The notes under the pieces are model-generated. The model ran no database searches. It was not told the origin of the DNA and saw only the letters and a list, made by a program, of their open reading frames with translations. A program made the position numbers and the translations under genes. From NCBI GenBank assembly GCA_973851085.1, contig OZ316776.1, positions 8,494,001 to 8,558,000 on the forward strand: 64,000 bases of DNA, given 5' to 3'. Of this stretch, positions 43,271 through 56,248 are shown in pieces. Source of the DNA: Ptychomitrium polyphyllum (taxonomy: Eukaryota). Each line of letters starts with the position of its first letter. Position 1 is the stretch's first letter.

Positions 43271-44045
43271 GCCATAATTTAGACCATGATTACTATGATT
43301 TGAGCATCAAGCATTCTTGGTATCGAGTAGTTGAGCTGAAGCATTTACAGCTAGCTCCCCGATTTTCGGTCCTTGCGGGCCTCTATACTTTTTTAGAAAT
43401 GCAAAAACTAGGAGACACGTAATTGTTCCTAATTCGAATGGATCAGGTACAGGTGAAATAAATGACGTTACTGAGTGTATTTCAGCCTCCTTAGAACCCC
43501 ATTATTGTGCTTAAATGCTCAAACGATGTGCAGATCTGACACTGCTATATTGCATCTTTATTTGTATCCTTCAGTATCTGAACTTCTGAAGTATGAGCAG
43601 ACTTGTGGGAGATACAATACCATCTCGCGATTTTCTTGCGCTTTTCATGTTCATAATGAATTACTGTTTAATGGACACGGTTGAAGATGGCTTGAAGTGC
43701 CGAGTTAACTATCATTGGGTAGGAAAACTAGCACTAGAAATTGTATCTGTGCGCGTTCCAACTTCTATTACATCTTCGTGTATTACATTAGGTCAGTTTG
43801 TATGATAACGAAAATGGCAAATCGCAAGAATAAGCACATCTTACTCAGGCACTTTGACTAAAGGGCTGCAACAGCAGAAAGAATGTATTCATCATGAGAA
43901 CAGGTGGTAAACGTGATTGAGCTCACCAAGTTCATCAACTGTCAATAATGTATCTAGTGAGGAAGTCCATTTTAGTAAATCACCCAAAAAAGAAGAGGTA
44001 TACATGTTACAAAGAAGCATCGGACTAATTTTAGAATGCATAAAC

Positions 44046-45318
44046 TTATTGCCTCCGTCCTCTTCCTTTCTTTGGCTGTGATGCCGCCAGCTCCTTTGGC
44101 AAGTCCTCGGGCACTTAAGCTGCAAAGGACAAAATCTATATTTCGTCAGTGCAAATGTGAATGTGCAGCTCCAGAGATAGTCGAGGTCTCCAAGTTGCGA
44201 TAAGGTAGTGCCAGCAATCACTGGATACCACAGAAAAATGCAACAAAGAGCTCTGAAAATGGAATCAGAATTAAAACAACTTGACAAGGAGTGAACAATA
44301 CAACAAATCTGTAACAGTCTGTATCAGCGAGGACTTCGGAATTTCCACGGACAAACACATAGACAGTATAGTGTTTCTTATTCACTCATTCATTAGACCT
44401 GCACTTCACAAAATCAGTCTTAAGTAAGAAACGTTACGCACCATCTGGTCCTTGGGCCATCATGCAAAAAAACGTGTTGTTGAGCTTTTCCATCTTCCTT
44501 TATATCCTGGACTTGATCTGTCTTGAATTTCAGACACTGCAGAAAAAAATAGCAGAGGTCACCTCAGTTGGGAAAACTTTGCAACCAGGAAGGTATTTTT
44601 GAGCTCTACGTGACTGAAACAGTCCCAGTCCCTAAAAAACAGTCAAGATTATTAGAACTGTCAAACGTTAATTCATAAACCCGAATTCTTCACTGTTCAT
44701 TTAAAGTCCCCAAGGATCAAGTCATTTGAATATCAGATCTTGGATCATACAAAGAGTACATTTGCAATTGGTATACTTGGCAGGGACGAGTCTAAAAGAC
44801 ATTTATAAAGGCTCTTCTCAATACAAACATTAAACATGACCTTACCTGAAGTTAAACCGGACTGGCAAAGAACAGCCCGCTAAACATAGGAACCAGATCA
44901 ATGCACATCACTGGTTTCAAAAGAAGTGATTCTCGAGAAAGCTCGACACACCACTTTATCATCGGTCACCTTGAGAACAAGCTTCCCATCACAATGCCTG
45001 TATTTCATCACATACCGCGTCTGAACAGCAGCACTAGAGTCAAGAACCTCACCTCAAACAAAAACTCCACATCTCTTTTCTTCCAGAAATTTCAACCCAA
45101 AAACTAATGTAGACTACCGGCCACAAGACACAACGGATTTAATCACGAAGCATGCATGCCTACCCTGAAGCTCACATAAACCCTAACCCCTACACCCTAA
45201 AGGCAAGCACGAATGAATTATTGTCCAAGGAACAAGGGGGCGAAGACTACGTTGTGGGGTCGGAGCGGAGCACTACGGAGCGATCTTGGAAGGTGTCCCA
45301 TTTGTCAGTGTGCACCAT
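44046..45318 (-). pseudogene. SRP9: SRP9 (signal recognition particle 9 kDa) unprocessed pseudogene, 4 exons
   Basis: Exon 45318-45251 reads MVHTDKWDTFQDRSVVLRSDP and is 68 nt, so out of phase. Exon 45020-44952 reads TRYVMKYRHCDGKLVLKVTDDKV. Exon 44536-44442 reads CLKFKTDQVQDIK[+1]KMEKLNNTFF..GPD. Exon 44119-44046 reads A*VPED..QPKKGRGRRQ*. Confidence 0.88.
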
Positions 45319-45749
45319 TGCCTATCGCTGCTCTGCTGCATTCTGATCGCCCTCTGCTGGGGTGAGTGCGAGCGTGGTCAGCCCTACAGCAGCATTCGCA
45401 CTTATCACCAGTCTCCTCTGCCACACTACTATTACACTCACACAGAGCTAGTCAAGGAAGAAAAGCCACCGACAGTGTCTTGCACACCGACGGCCGACTT
45501 CACCGCCGGAGCGGCTTGACGCTCTTCTTCCCCGCCGTTCATCCGCGGCGACAATGAATTTAGTGAGCCAATCCGGTCATCCCCTCCCAACCCACGACCC
45601 TAACCCATGGTTAGGCCGTGGTTAGGGTTTCCTTAACAGAAGGCTCCCCTGGTCGTCTTCTGCGCCTTTTGGTTTAGGGTTTGCATGTGGTCCACTTTTC
45701 AAGGCGTGTTCCAAAGCATTCTTGTTGTGACTCTATTCTATTCTTTGAG

Positions 45750-47550
45750 CTTTTTTGTTTCATGTAGTTAAAACTAATTTTTTTTGGATTATCTTTATTG
45801 CACAAGGTAGCTTGTATTTGTGTGGATGATTGTAGCTGATTATTGGATGCATTATTACTCTTGCTATAAAAAATATTAGATTGAAGACATGTTATTTAAG
45901 GGCAAGGAATGTAGATGATCATTCTTGTTAAATGTAGAAGATTTTTTTAATAGGCATTACTTTTATATCCTCATCTTTGAATCTAAAATCTTCAGCCTTT
46001 TTTCATATATTGCAATGTTGATTTTTTGATATTTTATGGAATTTAGTATTTTCTTTATTTCTAAAGTTGTTGAATTAATTGTATCTTGATTGCTTGTTTG
46101 ATTTTTAGATTGCTTTTGTAGTTGGTACTTTTGCATAATTGTATTAGTTTTCATGTTGAATTATTGATTAATGCTTGTAGGCATATTTAAATCAAAATGA
46201 ATTTTCAATCTCAAATCTTTCCTCCAATAGATATCACATTTGATGGAATTCATAATGGCTATTATTTTTTTAAAATTTAATGTTAATTTGATCTAGTCAC
46301 ATATGTAATTCTTATCATGGACCAAAGAATCTTCCTAGCTTCAGATTTACAATTTTAATGGATGTTGCTTGTAATAATTCAATTTAGGTGGAGTGTTTTT
46401 TTTATATGAATATTGAGTACAATTTTTTCATTTCATGAACCATGATGAATATTACAAAAGCTATTAGGTTTATTAGCTTTTAACTTTTCATTCTTTTATA
46501 TGGCATATAAATAAGATACTTCTTACTGCGTCTGAAAGAATTCTATAGAAATTTTTTAAAATTTTGTAATTATGCATTTGTATTGTTACAATGATGTTTT
46601 TTAAAAGTAAATAGATGTGGCCAAAATTAACACCATTTGTTTAAATAGCTTTCAATTTTCTTAAAATAATTTAATAATTTTACTTCCATTTCAATAACTA
46701 CAATTTAAATACAATATCAATAATGCTTTAAATGCTTTAAATGCATACTTTAAATGCTTATGGCATTTTTATTCATTCAATTAAGTTTTACGCTTTTTAA
46801 CAATCAAAATAGGTGAATGACAATGGTGTATAAGTGAAATATAATGAGGAGTCTAGGACCAAGTTGTGGAAAGTAAAATCTTGGATTTTTGTATAAGATG
46901 AGTATATCCTTTACCAACATGTATATATTAGGATTCTTGCAGATATTTATTATGAAAATGCACACCATTTGATCATCAAATTTAATATTGATTTTTATGC
47001 ATCTTTTGCTTAAAGCTTTGATGTTCATGTCAATTATTCATTATCAATGCATGGTGAAGTGTTTTGAAATCTTCTTTCAATTGCCAAAACAACATAATGA
47101 AAAAACGTTATTTAATAATAGTAAGTGTGTAAAAATGCTTAAAGTATTTGTAATAAATGTATTTATTTTTACATAGTATTTGGAATAATTATAATTCATT
47201 ATAGTTTTAAAAAGGGTTTACCAATGTACAATAAACATGATGGAACTTGTAGCTATAAAGAAGGGCATAGTACAAGGAACAAGCAATAATAATAAGCTAA
47301 GGAGAAATCAAGTAGATAAAAATTAAAAACTACAAGCAAGTGAAAGGATGAATAACCATATAAACAATAATTACCCTAATACTACAACCTAATGGTCATG
47401 ACTTTGTGAATTTATCACCTTTGATTCTTTGGAATTCATTTTGGAGTTATTTATGAAAATCAACCAAATATAATCTCATAGAAGTAAAGTTATGGGGCTG
47501 AAAATAATGTTGAAAAATGAAGAAGATCCTTGGACATTTGGTGTTAAGTT
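45750..47550. other. AT-rich intergenic spacer
   Basis: Low-complexity A/T sequence with spurious ORFs only. Confidence 0.55.
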
Positions 47551-49860
47551 ACGTCTTATATTGGAAGAAAAATAGCTAGAGATAGACCCTCAAATATCTA
47601 CTTCCTCATAGAATGAGGAAACACCACCGTAGAAGAAAACTTCACATAAGAAAGTGAACTGTGGTGGACATGCAGGTGAGGCACGGTTCATAAATGTTTC
47701 TTATGTCCAGCTTGTCAATCTTTTGGGCCTTGTAGTGGATATCCTCTAATGGCAATTTGGCAAGCTGTCAGGCAGGGGTAAGCTTTTGTACTGTTGGAAA
47801 ACATGGTCGGCCAGACACTGGTACCGTACCCATACTTCTGGTCACTACTAATTGCACCACTCCAATAGCAATTCACTTCTTTATTAAAGCCACCGCATAG
47901 TAGAATCTCATTTGAAGGCATTTTGGAAGGTTCGGGCATAATTTGTTGTCAGGGGCCAGTGAATAGCCTGGATCACAAAACAGTGAGCCAGTTGTGAGGG
48001 GAGGGGAACGCAGTGAAGTTGGCGAACCTCGAGAATTATTATACCTGCCGTGTACTGTAAAGAAGTTTGTTCCGTGTCGTGTCCAACCATCACTTGCATT
48101 AACTTAACTGCAACAGCAGCTCTACGTAATGAACTTCCATCTAACAGCTTCTCTTAGCAGAGTTCTCCTAACTGCGGAGTGCAGTTGTAATGTTTTGTTC
48201 AGACAGCAGACTCTAACAGTATCCACGGCTTATGTGATGAGAAAAACATCACATAAGTTAGGTGACTCAACTTTCAAGCAAAGTTTGGAACTTCAGACTC
48301 CAGAGAAAAAATTTACTCAGAATTAATGAAATCCGCTGCATTTACTTAGATACAAGCTAGGAGAAGGCATCTTTGACTGGCGACTCCTCCAAGTTGTGAA
48401 CTAATTTTATTATAACTGAACGTACAATAACATTTTTAACCATTGCAGTTATCATTCTAAATCGAGAAGATTCGTTCTGAATGATTCCAGAGTACTTTCT
48501 ACAAAGTGAAAAGATCTCAGAGTATCAAGTGACATGATGAGCGTTAACTTACTTGATGGCATGGGTCCTGGCAAAAGAGATAAAACAGATGCATCTCAAT
48601 CGTCCTTTTCTACCTCTTACCCTGGTGGATATCCCGATGAGGAATGAGGTGATTCATTCTTTCACTACAATGGAGTTTACTTTCATTTTGAAACACCTGG
48701 AAAAGCCCTCCTCTTCTATAAATTTCGTACCTGGAATCAATCAAGAATTAGTTGATTTTAATGTGAAAAACGCTAGGAGGTGATCATGAATATCGGCGAA
48801 GCGATAAGAGATGTTTCCCAATTACCTATTGCTTATGAACGACGTCATGAAATTGCACGAGGCAGAAGAACAGTCTGACAATGGGAATGAAACCGAGATC
48901 GATATTTGTGTCTGCAAATAACGATCAGTGAAGATTGCAGTGCAGTAGATAAGACCTCAGAGCTTCAGGATCGCTGTTTTGATCGGATGGTTTTGACAGA
49001 GGTGACAACGACATGCAGCTTCTTACCTTTACGTGAAAGTTAACTAACTAATATCAAGGAGGAAGTGGGAACCAATCGAGGAGAAGTGGGGCCAAAGTGC
49101 TACTGTTGCCATCCGACCATAGAAGGAGTAGTCAAGTACAACCAACCGGCCTCTAGAATGAATAGATAAGTTGCCTGCGATTGATACAATGGCTACCTAG
49201 GTACCCAGTTCAAATCATCATCTGTTAGCCACTTCCTCATCTCTTACCGTTTGAGGTGCCGTTTGCTCAGTTCTGCAACATACTGCACTTTCAAAGTCGG
49301 CGTCGTCCTCTTCTACTTGCTAAGTCTGCTAGTTCAATCAGCCGGCCCTGCCAAAAATAGATTCAAGGCCTCAATACATCTTTGGAGTTCAGCAGCTACA
49401 AGATCACATCGTTGCAAACACGTCAACCTAGTATCACCTTGCCCTCAAATTTACAATTCTGGTGCTTCCTGCGCCTTGTTGATCGACTTCTTCCATAGTC
49501 GGGTAAGGTGCGTAAGAGCTAGTTTTACAAGTAAGCATTTTTCTCTTGACTGAGTGACTAAACCGAGACTCTTTAGTTAAAAACAACTGTGTCTGAGAAG
49601 TAACGAAAGTAACGAAGTTCATGTTAAGAATTGTAGTGCAATGACCTTTTAATGCCGTGGGACAGGTCGCTAGCTAGATTTGAGAAGATTTATGTCATGG
49701 GGAGAAGCTGTTGCAAGTAGTACGTCTTTATCATGGGGACGGTTTTCGCAGATACGCGAAGCCTGTAACTGGTGCAATGTGTGAATCACTGAAAGCCTTG
49801 ATTTAAAGCTGCAACTATCGCTTTGCAGATCATCAAGGTAGCCGAGGACGTCACGAGAAG

Positions 49861-51355
49861 ATGCAGCAAGACAAGGAGGACGATGTGGCGCTAGGCGCGA
49901 ACAAGTACGGAGAACGCGCGGCGTTGGGTACGCATGCGCCTGTAATACCGTCGGAGAAGGACTACATGGAGCCAGCATTGACGCCTTTCCTCGATGGAAG
50001 GGAGTTTCGACGCTGGTCGTTTTGGCGCGCGGGCATCGCGGAGTTCATCGCCAGTCTGCTCTTCCTGTACATCACCATCCAGACAGTCATGGGCCACAAG
50101 CGCTTCGCTGACCCGTGTCGCGGCGTGGGCATCCAAGGTATCGCGTGGGCATTCGGCGGTATGATTTTCGCGCTAGTCTATTGCACCGCTGGAATCTCAG
50201 GTCAGTGCTGCTCTTCATCTCGTCCTACAATCGACATCATCGAGAAATACTATCACTTCCAGCAGGATGGTAGGCTCTTGTGCGTTAGTGTGGTGTGATT
50301 TCTCCGATTAATTCTCGACTGCTGCAGAGTTGATCAACTGTGCGTTAGTGTGGTGTGATTTGCTGCAGGGGGACACATCAACCCTGCGGTGACATTTGGG
50401 CTGTTACTGGCGCGGAAGGTATCACTGAATCGGGCACTGCTTTACATGATCTGTCAATGCTTGGGAGCCATCTGTGGAGCGGGGATCGTGAAAGGATTCC
50501 AGCCTCACTTCTACCAGAGTACTGGAGGTGGAGCCAACTCCGTGTCCCATGGCTACACCAAAGGCGATGGCTTGGGCGCAGAAATCGTGGGCACGTTCGT
50601 GCTGGTGTACACTGTGTTCTCGGCCACCGACGCCAAACGCAGTGCCCGAGATTCGCATGTACCTGTAAGTATCAGCAGTAGACGACGTAGTAGTACTTGT
50701 AATCAGAATAGTAATGTTCATGTTGTTGTTTGACTGACCATGACTACCAGTTGGTTGATCGATGAATGCTTCCATGCATGTAGGTGCTTGCGCCACTGCC
50801 CATTGGATTCGCAGTGTATCTGGTGCATCTTGCTACCATTCCCATCACAGGGTGCGGAATCAACCCCGCCAGGAGCCTAGGCACAGCCGTTATCTTTAAC
50901 ACTCAGCACAACTCTTGGGCCGACCATGTGAGTAATGAAGTAATCAATTGCTGTGTATCCATTCGTCATTGGCCTTGGATGCCTGCCTGACAGTACCGTG
51001 CTAAGTTCTGTCAAATTTAGAGATCCAAAATTTTCAGGGACTATATTGGGAGAGAAAGTCTGCTTCGAAGTCTACTGACTACTACTTTCGACCTGACTAT
51101 AGGGTCACGATCCGTGCATGCAAAGTAGTAACCTGTATGGCCATTCTTTCCTGAAACATGACGAACATCAAAAGCAATTTTGGGAATTAATCTAGCTCTA
51201 CTCAGGCTCTGCTATGGAAACATGCACTAACAAAGACGTTGGCAATGGTGGTGGTGCAGTGGATCTTTTGGGTGGGTCCTATGATAGGTGCGGCCCTTGC
51301 CGCAGCATACCATACTTTGGTCATCCGTGCATTACCCTTCCGGAAACGGGTGTAA
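49861..51355 (+). CDS. PIP1: Plasma-membrane aquaporin PIP1, 4 exons, 291 aa
   Basis: Exons 49861-50200, 50369-50664, 50784-50927 and 51260-51355. It has two NPA boxes ([15 protein letters not shown]), loop [15 protein letters not shown], a long N-terminus and a short C-terminus [10 protein letters not shown], as in PIP1s. Confidence 0.97.
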
Positions 51356-51835
51356 ACTGAACTTTTGCTGGCTGGCGATCCGTGGCGAGTGAAATGTATT
51401 GCTGATTCTACCGGCCGCATGATGTGACTTCTTCGGTTGCCATGTACTTATGTTGTACCGTAAATTGTACTCTATAGAAGCTCTTTTGCAAATGCAGCAC
51501 AAGAATTATCTCAAGGGCATATTTCACGTTATAAATAAAAGAACCAATGCATTGCAGGAACAAAACCAGTTCACTCGTACTCACGGTACTTCTTCTCTTC
51601 TATAATAACACTCTTCCCAGTTTTTAGCTCACAAAACATTCGCTACAGTAACACTCTCGATATGCAACCAGAATGCTAGCGTCCACAGGGCAGAACCATG
51701 TGATATCCGACAAACATAACGTCTAACTAAACAGCTAAATGTATGAATCTCAAACGAAAAGCTAGACCGAATGCATGACTGCAGCAACACTGGGCGAATC
51801 ACACCATTCTATCAGAGAATCAATCGAAGTGTTTA

Positions 51836-51981
51836 GAAATCACAGTTGCTCACAAGACATTGAAATCATGGTTCACAAACGCTCTGAAATCACAAAGGTT
51901 CATGAAGACATCGAAATCATTTTTCACAAATGAACTGCAAAAATAGGCCCACAACACATTGAAATTATGGTGGTTCACAAG
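51836..51981. repeat. Degenerate tandem repeat, unit about 24-27 bp (GAAATCA..GGTTCACAA..ACAT)
   Basis: Recurring gaaatca and ttcacaa blocks, about 5 copies, just downstream of the 97-aa gene stop codon. Confidence 0.6.
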
Positions 51982-52007
51982 TACAGCGAAGATATCTGAG
52001 CAGTTGA

Positions 52008-52301
52008 TCAGAAAATGATCCGGAATTTAGGAGCCTCATTGCCACCAGAGGGCAGGATTTCCCACCTGCAAGGCTCCATCTCATCGGAGACAGGGCAATA
52101 GCCAGCGAGAGTCACGCCATCGTCGCTGTTGGCAGCAGACCCGAACTCAAACACGCTCGTCTCCGCCTTCAAGGCTGCATTAACGTCGCCCTTGGGCGGC
52201 TCAGCAATGGCTGGCGACTCCAACGCAGGCTTGCTTGGTTGGGGGGCGGGAGCGTCCTCCGGCTTCACAGCTTCTTTCTTCTTGCCTCCGAAGAACCCCA
52301 T
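52008..52301 (-). CDS. Small 97-aa protein of unknown function, single coding exon
   Basis: GC-rich ORF with good start context (GCCATGG). It has an MGFFGGKKK N-terminus, a Pro/Ala linker and a compact C-terminal block VFEFGS..VTLAGYCPVSDEMEPCRWEILP..APKFRIIF that I recall as conserved in land plants. Confidence 0.85.
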   Translation of the reverse strand: MGFFGGKKKEAVKPEDAPAPQPSKPALESPAIAEPPKGDVNAALKAETSVFEFGSAANSDDGVTLAGYCPVSDEMEPCRWEILPSGGNEAPKFRIIF

Positions 52302-52817
52302 GGCGGTCTACTCTGCACTCACAAACAACCCTCGTCAGAAAGCGAAAATTGAATTCAAAACAGAATTCCCACAAACCTAGGACGTACAAGAACAATCACC
52401 CGCATAATCCTTGCAGGAGGAATTCGGATAACCTTGTCAAACCCTCGACAACTTCGTCACCTCTAAAACTCCAAACCATAACACTACACTGCAGCCTCGA
52501 TCAAATCCTTACCCTAATTTGGAACACAAATCGTGGAAACGCTGGCAGATTCCAATGAGCGCTACGGCAATCAGAGCGGCATCAAAAAGCGCACAAGTGA
52601 ACTATCTCTGCGAGCACGTGAGTTCTAGAGGATAAGCGCCGGTTTACCGAAACAAAGTTCAGCTAGTTGAGAAGTTGTCTCCGGTGTTGCAACTCCAACT
52701 TGGAAAAACTCCAAAAATCCTACTCGCATTCAGTCTCATCAGTGATTGCCCGCAGTTAGAAATCTGGTAGACCAATCTGTTAGGGAATCTTGTAAAACCC
52801 TAGCGTTTTGTATAGGT

Positions 52818-52857
52818 ATCCACGTCAGCAGCTATGAGCCTGGCCATTGACGTGGAT
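52818..52857. promoter_or_regulatory. Inverted pair of CCACGTCA (Hex/G-C box, bZIP) elements in a divergent promoter
   Basis: ATCCACGTCA at 52818-52827 and TGACGTGGAT at 52848-52857 form a perfect 10-bp inverted repeat. Confidence 0.55.
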
Positions 52858-53282
52858 TGTGGCAGTTACACATCATTCCCACTTTTTCACACAAAGAATG
52901 TCCAGAAGATTCAGAAACGAGAAGGGAGAGAGCACCACATGAGCATTTGTAGAACTTGTCCATCGTGATCTCGCTCCTAGTCCATGCAGACACAGAACAT
53001 GCCCACTTAATTCATGCAAGTCTTTCAGATCGGCTGCTAACCATTTGCTCATGCATCTTCATCATGGGGGTGAGTCCATCTGAGAAGTGAGTTCATCATG
53101 TGTGAGTGAGAAGTCACTTGGGGATTCGGAGTTTGCCGACCAAGTGTTGAATTGCAGACGGTTTTCAGAGTTGATGGTTTCAAGAGCAGAGGGAGTTCAG
53201 AATTCGGTGGTGGTTTTGGGGGTTCCAGTTGATGTCTATATTGGGGATGTTGTGTGGAGATTGTGATGCTTAGGGTGGATTG

Positions 53283-55567
53283 ATGGCACTGGCGATAAGT
53301 GCGAGAGTGGCAGCGACGGGGGTTAGTAGCGGAGGTACTCGAGGTTCCGTGTTGGGTGCGTCTCTACCTGTCAGGGCGAAGTTGCCTTCGTGTGGAGTGC
53401 TTGCAGGTAGGAGATCACCATTCCATGGTAGCGTTGTCAAGATTCCGCCCCTGTTCCGCGACTCAGGCTGCTTCTTTTCCAAGCTGGATGCGAATCTGCT
53501 CAGCAAGCACCGGCAGGCCGTGCGTCGAGGAGGCTCTTCCGTGGCCATGAATGCCTTGGGTGCCACTGCGGACTCCCGCCTGCAAGAAGTGGGTGACTCC
53601 TAACTTTCTGTTTTTCAGATTCTTCGTTTGAACATTCCCTACTTCAATTGCGATGATCTGAGACCCGAACCTGTGTTTTTGGCCTTTTCAATTTGCTGCG
53701 AGTTTGAACGTTTTGAACTGTAGAATTGATGTGAAAAGTGGCTGTGTTTGGCGTTGGAGCCTCACTAATGGCCCAGGGAATGGTGCGACACACAGGGACA
53801 ACTACCAGTTCCGTTGTTGCGAAGCCTTTTATCAGCGATGGTGAGGCCGTATTTGGTCAAGAATCCGACAGCTGTAGCGGCTCTTGATCTTATTCGGAAA
53901 CATGATGGCGGACCCGTCTGCTATGATCATTTTGCATTTCGGACGTTTGGGGTAAGTCCGCTGATGGTGTTTGGCACATTATTGGGAGCTTGTTGTGATG
54001 TTTTTTCTTTGGTACATTTTTATGTTTGTTGTCGTTACAAGCCCATTGTGCTAGAAATAAATGCAACGTAAGCGGACTTATGATTCGAAGCTCCTTCGCT
54101 GTTCCGTTCATTCTCGCGATTGCACTGAGATGTGGAAATATTGCATTTAGGGTTTAAATTATCTATGTTTTTCAGGTTGATGGATGCGGGATAAGTACCA
54201 TGTCACAAGTGTTTCTTGACCTCGGCTACAAAGTCCGTGATGAGCTGAGATTTCCAGCTAAGAAGTTGCGTGCGCTTTGGTTTTCACCACCTGACCATTT
54301 GCTGGACATGGAAGGCAGTGAGGCTGACGGCCCTCTTCCTCGAATCTTCATCTCAGAAATTATTGTGAACGAACTTAGCCGTGAGGCTCAGGTAAAACTA
54401 CATCCAGTGCATTCTTGTTATGTGCATATGAGATTGTCATTCCTCTTCCCTGTCAAGAGAGTTACCAATCAAAGGAGATATGTTCTGTTCTTTGTGAGCC
54501 GACTTGCAGGAAGTGTACTATGTTATAAATTTTACATGTTGGCTTCCTTGCAGGACATCATAAAGAGATACACGAGTATGTCAGGTTCGATATCTAAGTA
54601 TGCCTCAACTGCAAGCGTGCTGAATTCTCTGACGTGGCCCACTCCCCACCTATCTGACTACCGGGCGCTAGCAAAGTAAGCGAGTCTTCTGTCCTAGACC
54701 TTCGTCTTCACTGATGCTGCCTACCAGTGGCCGAAAGCCAGGAAGGAAAACTATAGGCCTCGTGTTGTGAGCTGACCTGCTGTTGCACTGGGCAGGGAGA
54801 GCGAGTATGCAGCGTGGGCCCTGGTAAATGGTTATGCACTTAATCACACTACTGTCTCGGTGCACCGGCTTGGTTCTCTTCGCAACATTGAAAAGCTGAA
54901 TGATTTCCTCCAAGAGAATGGGATCAAACTCAATAGTGAAGGAGGCATTTTGAAAGGTTTCCAAAATTCCACCTGTGATTTGCAACACTTAGTATTCTAG
55001 TAGGAGCTTGTTTTCTAAGTTGCAAAGGCGAAATATGATAATAATCCTCTCTTTCTGGCTATTCAGTCAGTCCAGATGGTGGACTCCAGCAGAGCTCATC
55101 GGTTGCTGATACAGTGACTTTTACATTTGCCGGTGGTGAAGTAGAACATGTCCCTGCATCATACATTGAATTTGCAGAACGCCTTGTCTTACCCATTCAT
55201 GGTGACCTGCATGTGGATCAGGTGGGTATTTCTCAGTAGACAAGCTTTACTGCGAGTACTTGTGTTCACTTGAATTGCTCGACCGGAATATATGCTTATT
55301 TCTATTTTTTTTCAGTTGAACTCTGGCATTTATATATTCCTCAGAAGCATATGATTGAATTTGGTGTTTCATATCATGCATGATTAACTCTAATATCAGA
55401 GGTATTATTATGAACTACTACTCGTACTACGTGTGTACCGCCATCTGATCGGTCTTTGCTGCTCACAGATACACGAATGGCATCGTAGAGATGGTTTCGA
55501 AGTGGGCAACGCTGACAAAATATTTGAAAGCACTTCGTCAGATCAGACTGGGATGCGCAAGAGCTGA
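53283..55567 (+). CDS. DUF1338 2-oxoadipate dioxygenase/decarboxylase (HglS/FLO7-like), probable plastid transit peptide, 7 exons, 404 aa
   Basis: Exons 53283-53588, 53796-53951, 54176-54391, 54554-54675, 54796-54956, 55067-55221 and 55469-55567. Motifs: YDHFAFRTFG, FPAKKLRALWF, LPRIFISE, ESEYAAW..NGYALNH, SYIEFAER and RDGFEVGNADKIFEST. Confidence 0.93.
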
Positions 55568-56248
55568 AGACTCGAGCATTCTGGAATCAGGAACAAGTAC
55601 AGATCTTGTACATACTTTAGAGCGTAGGCTCCTTGGAGGCTACCTAGTTACAGATGTGTCTTTTAACAGTAACAATCAGCTTGTAGTCGAGAATTTCTCT
55701 TCGTCACATCGCATCATGCCGGTGTATTGCATGACGGTACGTCATTTTATAAATGAATGAGTAGAAAGACATGAACTTTATAATGAAACTCCTAGGGTCT
55801 AGATATTACCACGATCTTTATGATTGACTTTTGCCCCTAGACGGAAGGCTGGTGCTCACTAGAGCATGTAAAGGCAGAACATACAAATAACAAATGTTGT
55901 TGTAAAACACGAAGGTGTAACCGTAGTATTTCACAATTATACATATTGAAAGGCTGCATAAAATAACTCCTCTAAATCAGAGAGGAATTACACGGTTCTG
56001 CAATATTCACTCGAGCCTGTCCATCCAACTTTGTTTCTCAGTTACTATTGACCCCAAATGAACAAGAAGCAGATTCCTGCTTAAAGGGAGGGACCGTACG
56101 GTCACTATTAAGAACCCTTTGAACAATCTTGCCACTCTGAGGTCTGAGCAAGAGCTCTCAACCCTAAACCTGACGCATCCTGGTTATCCATCATAGCTAT
56201 TGCACATGGGCTCAACATTAAGGAGAATACACATCAGTGCAGTCAACT

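Noticed and set aside
47715..48099. Possible hAT transposase remnant
   Set aside because: The resemblance is limited to a few residues.
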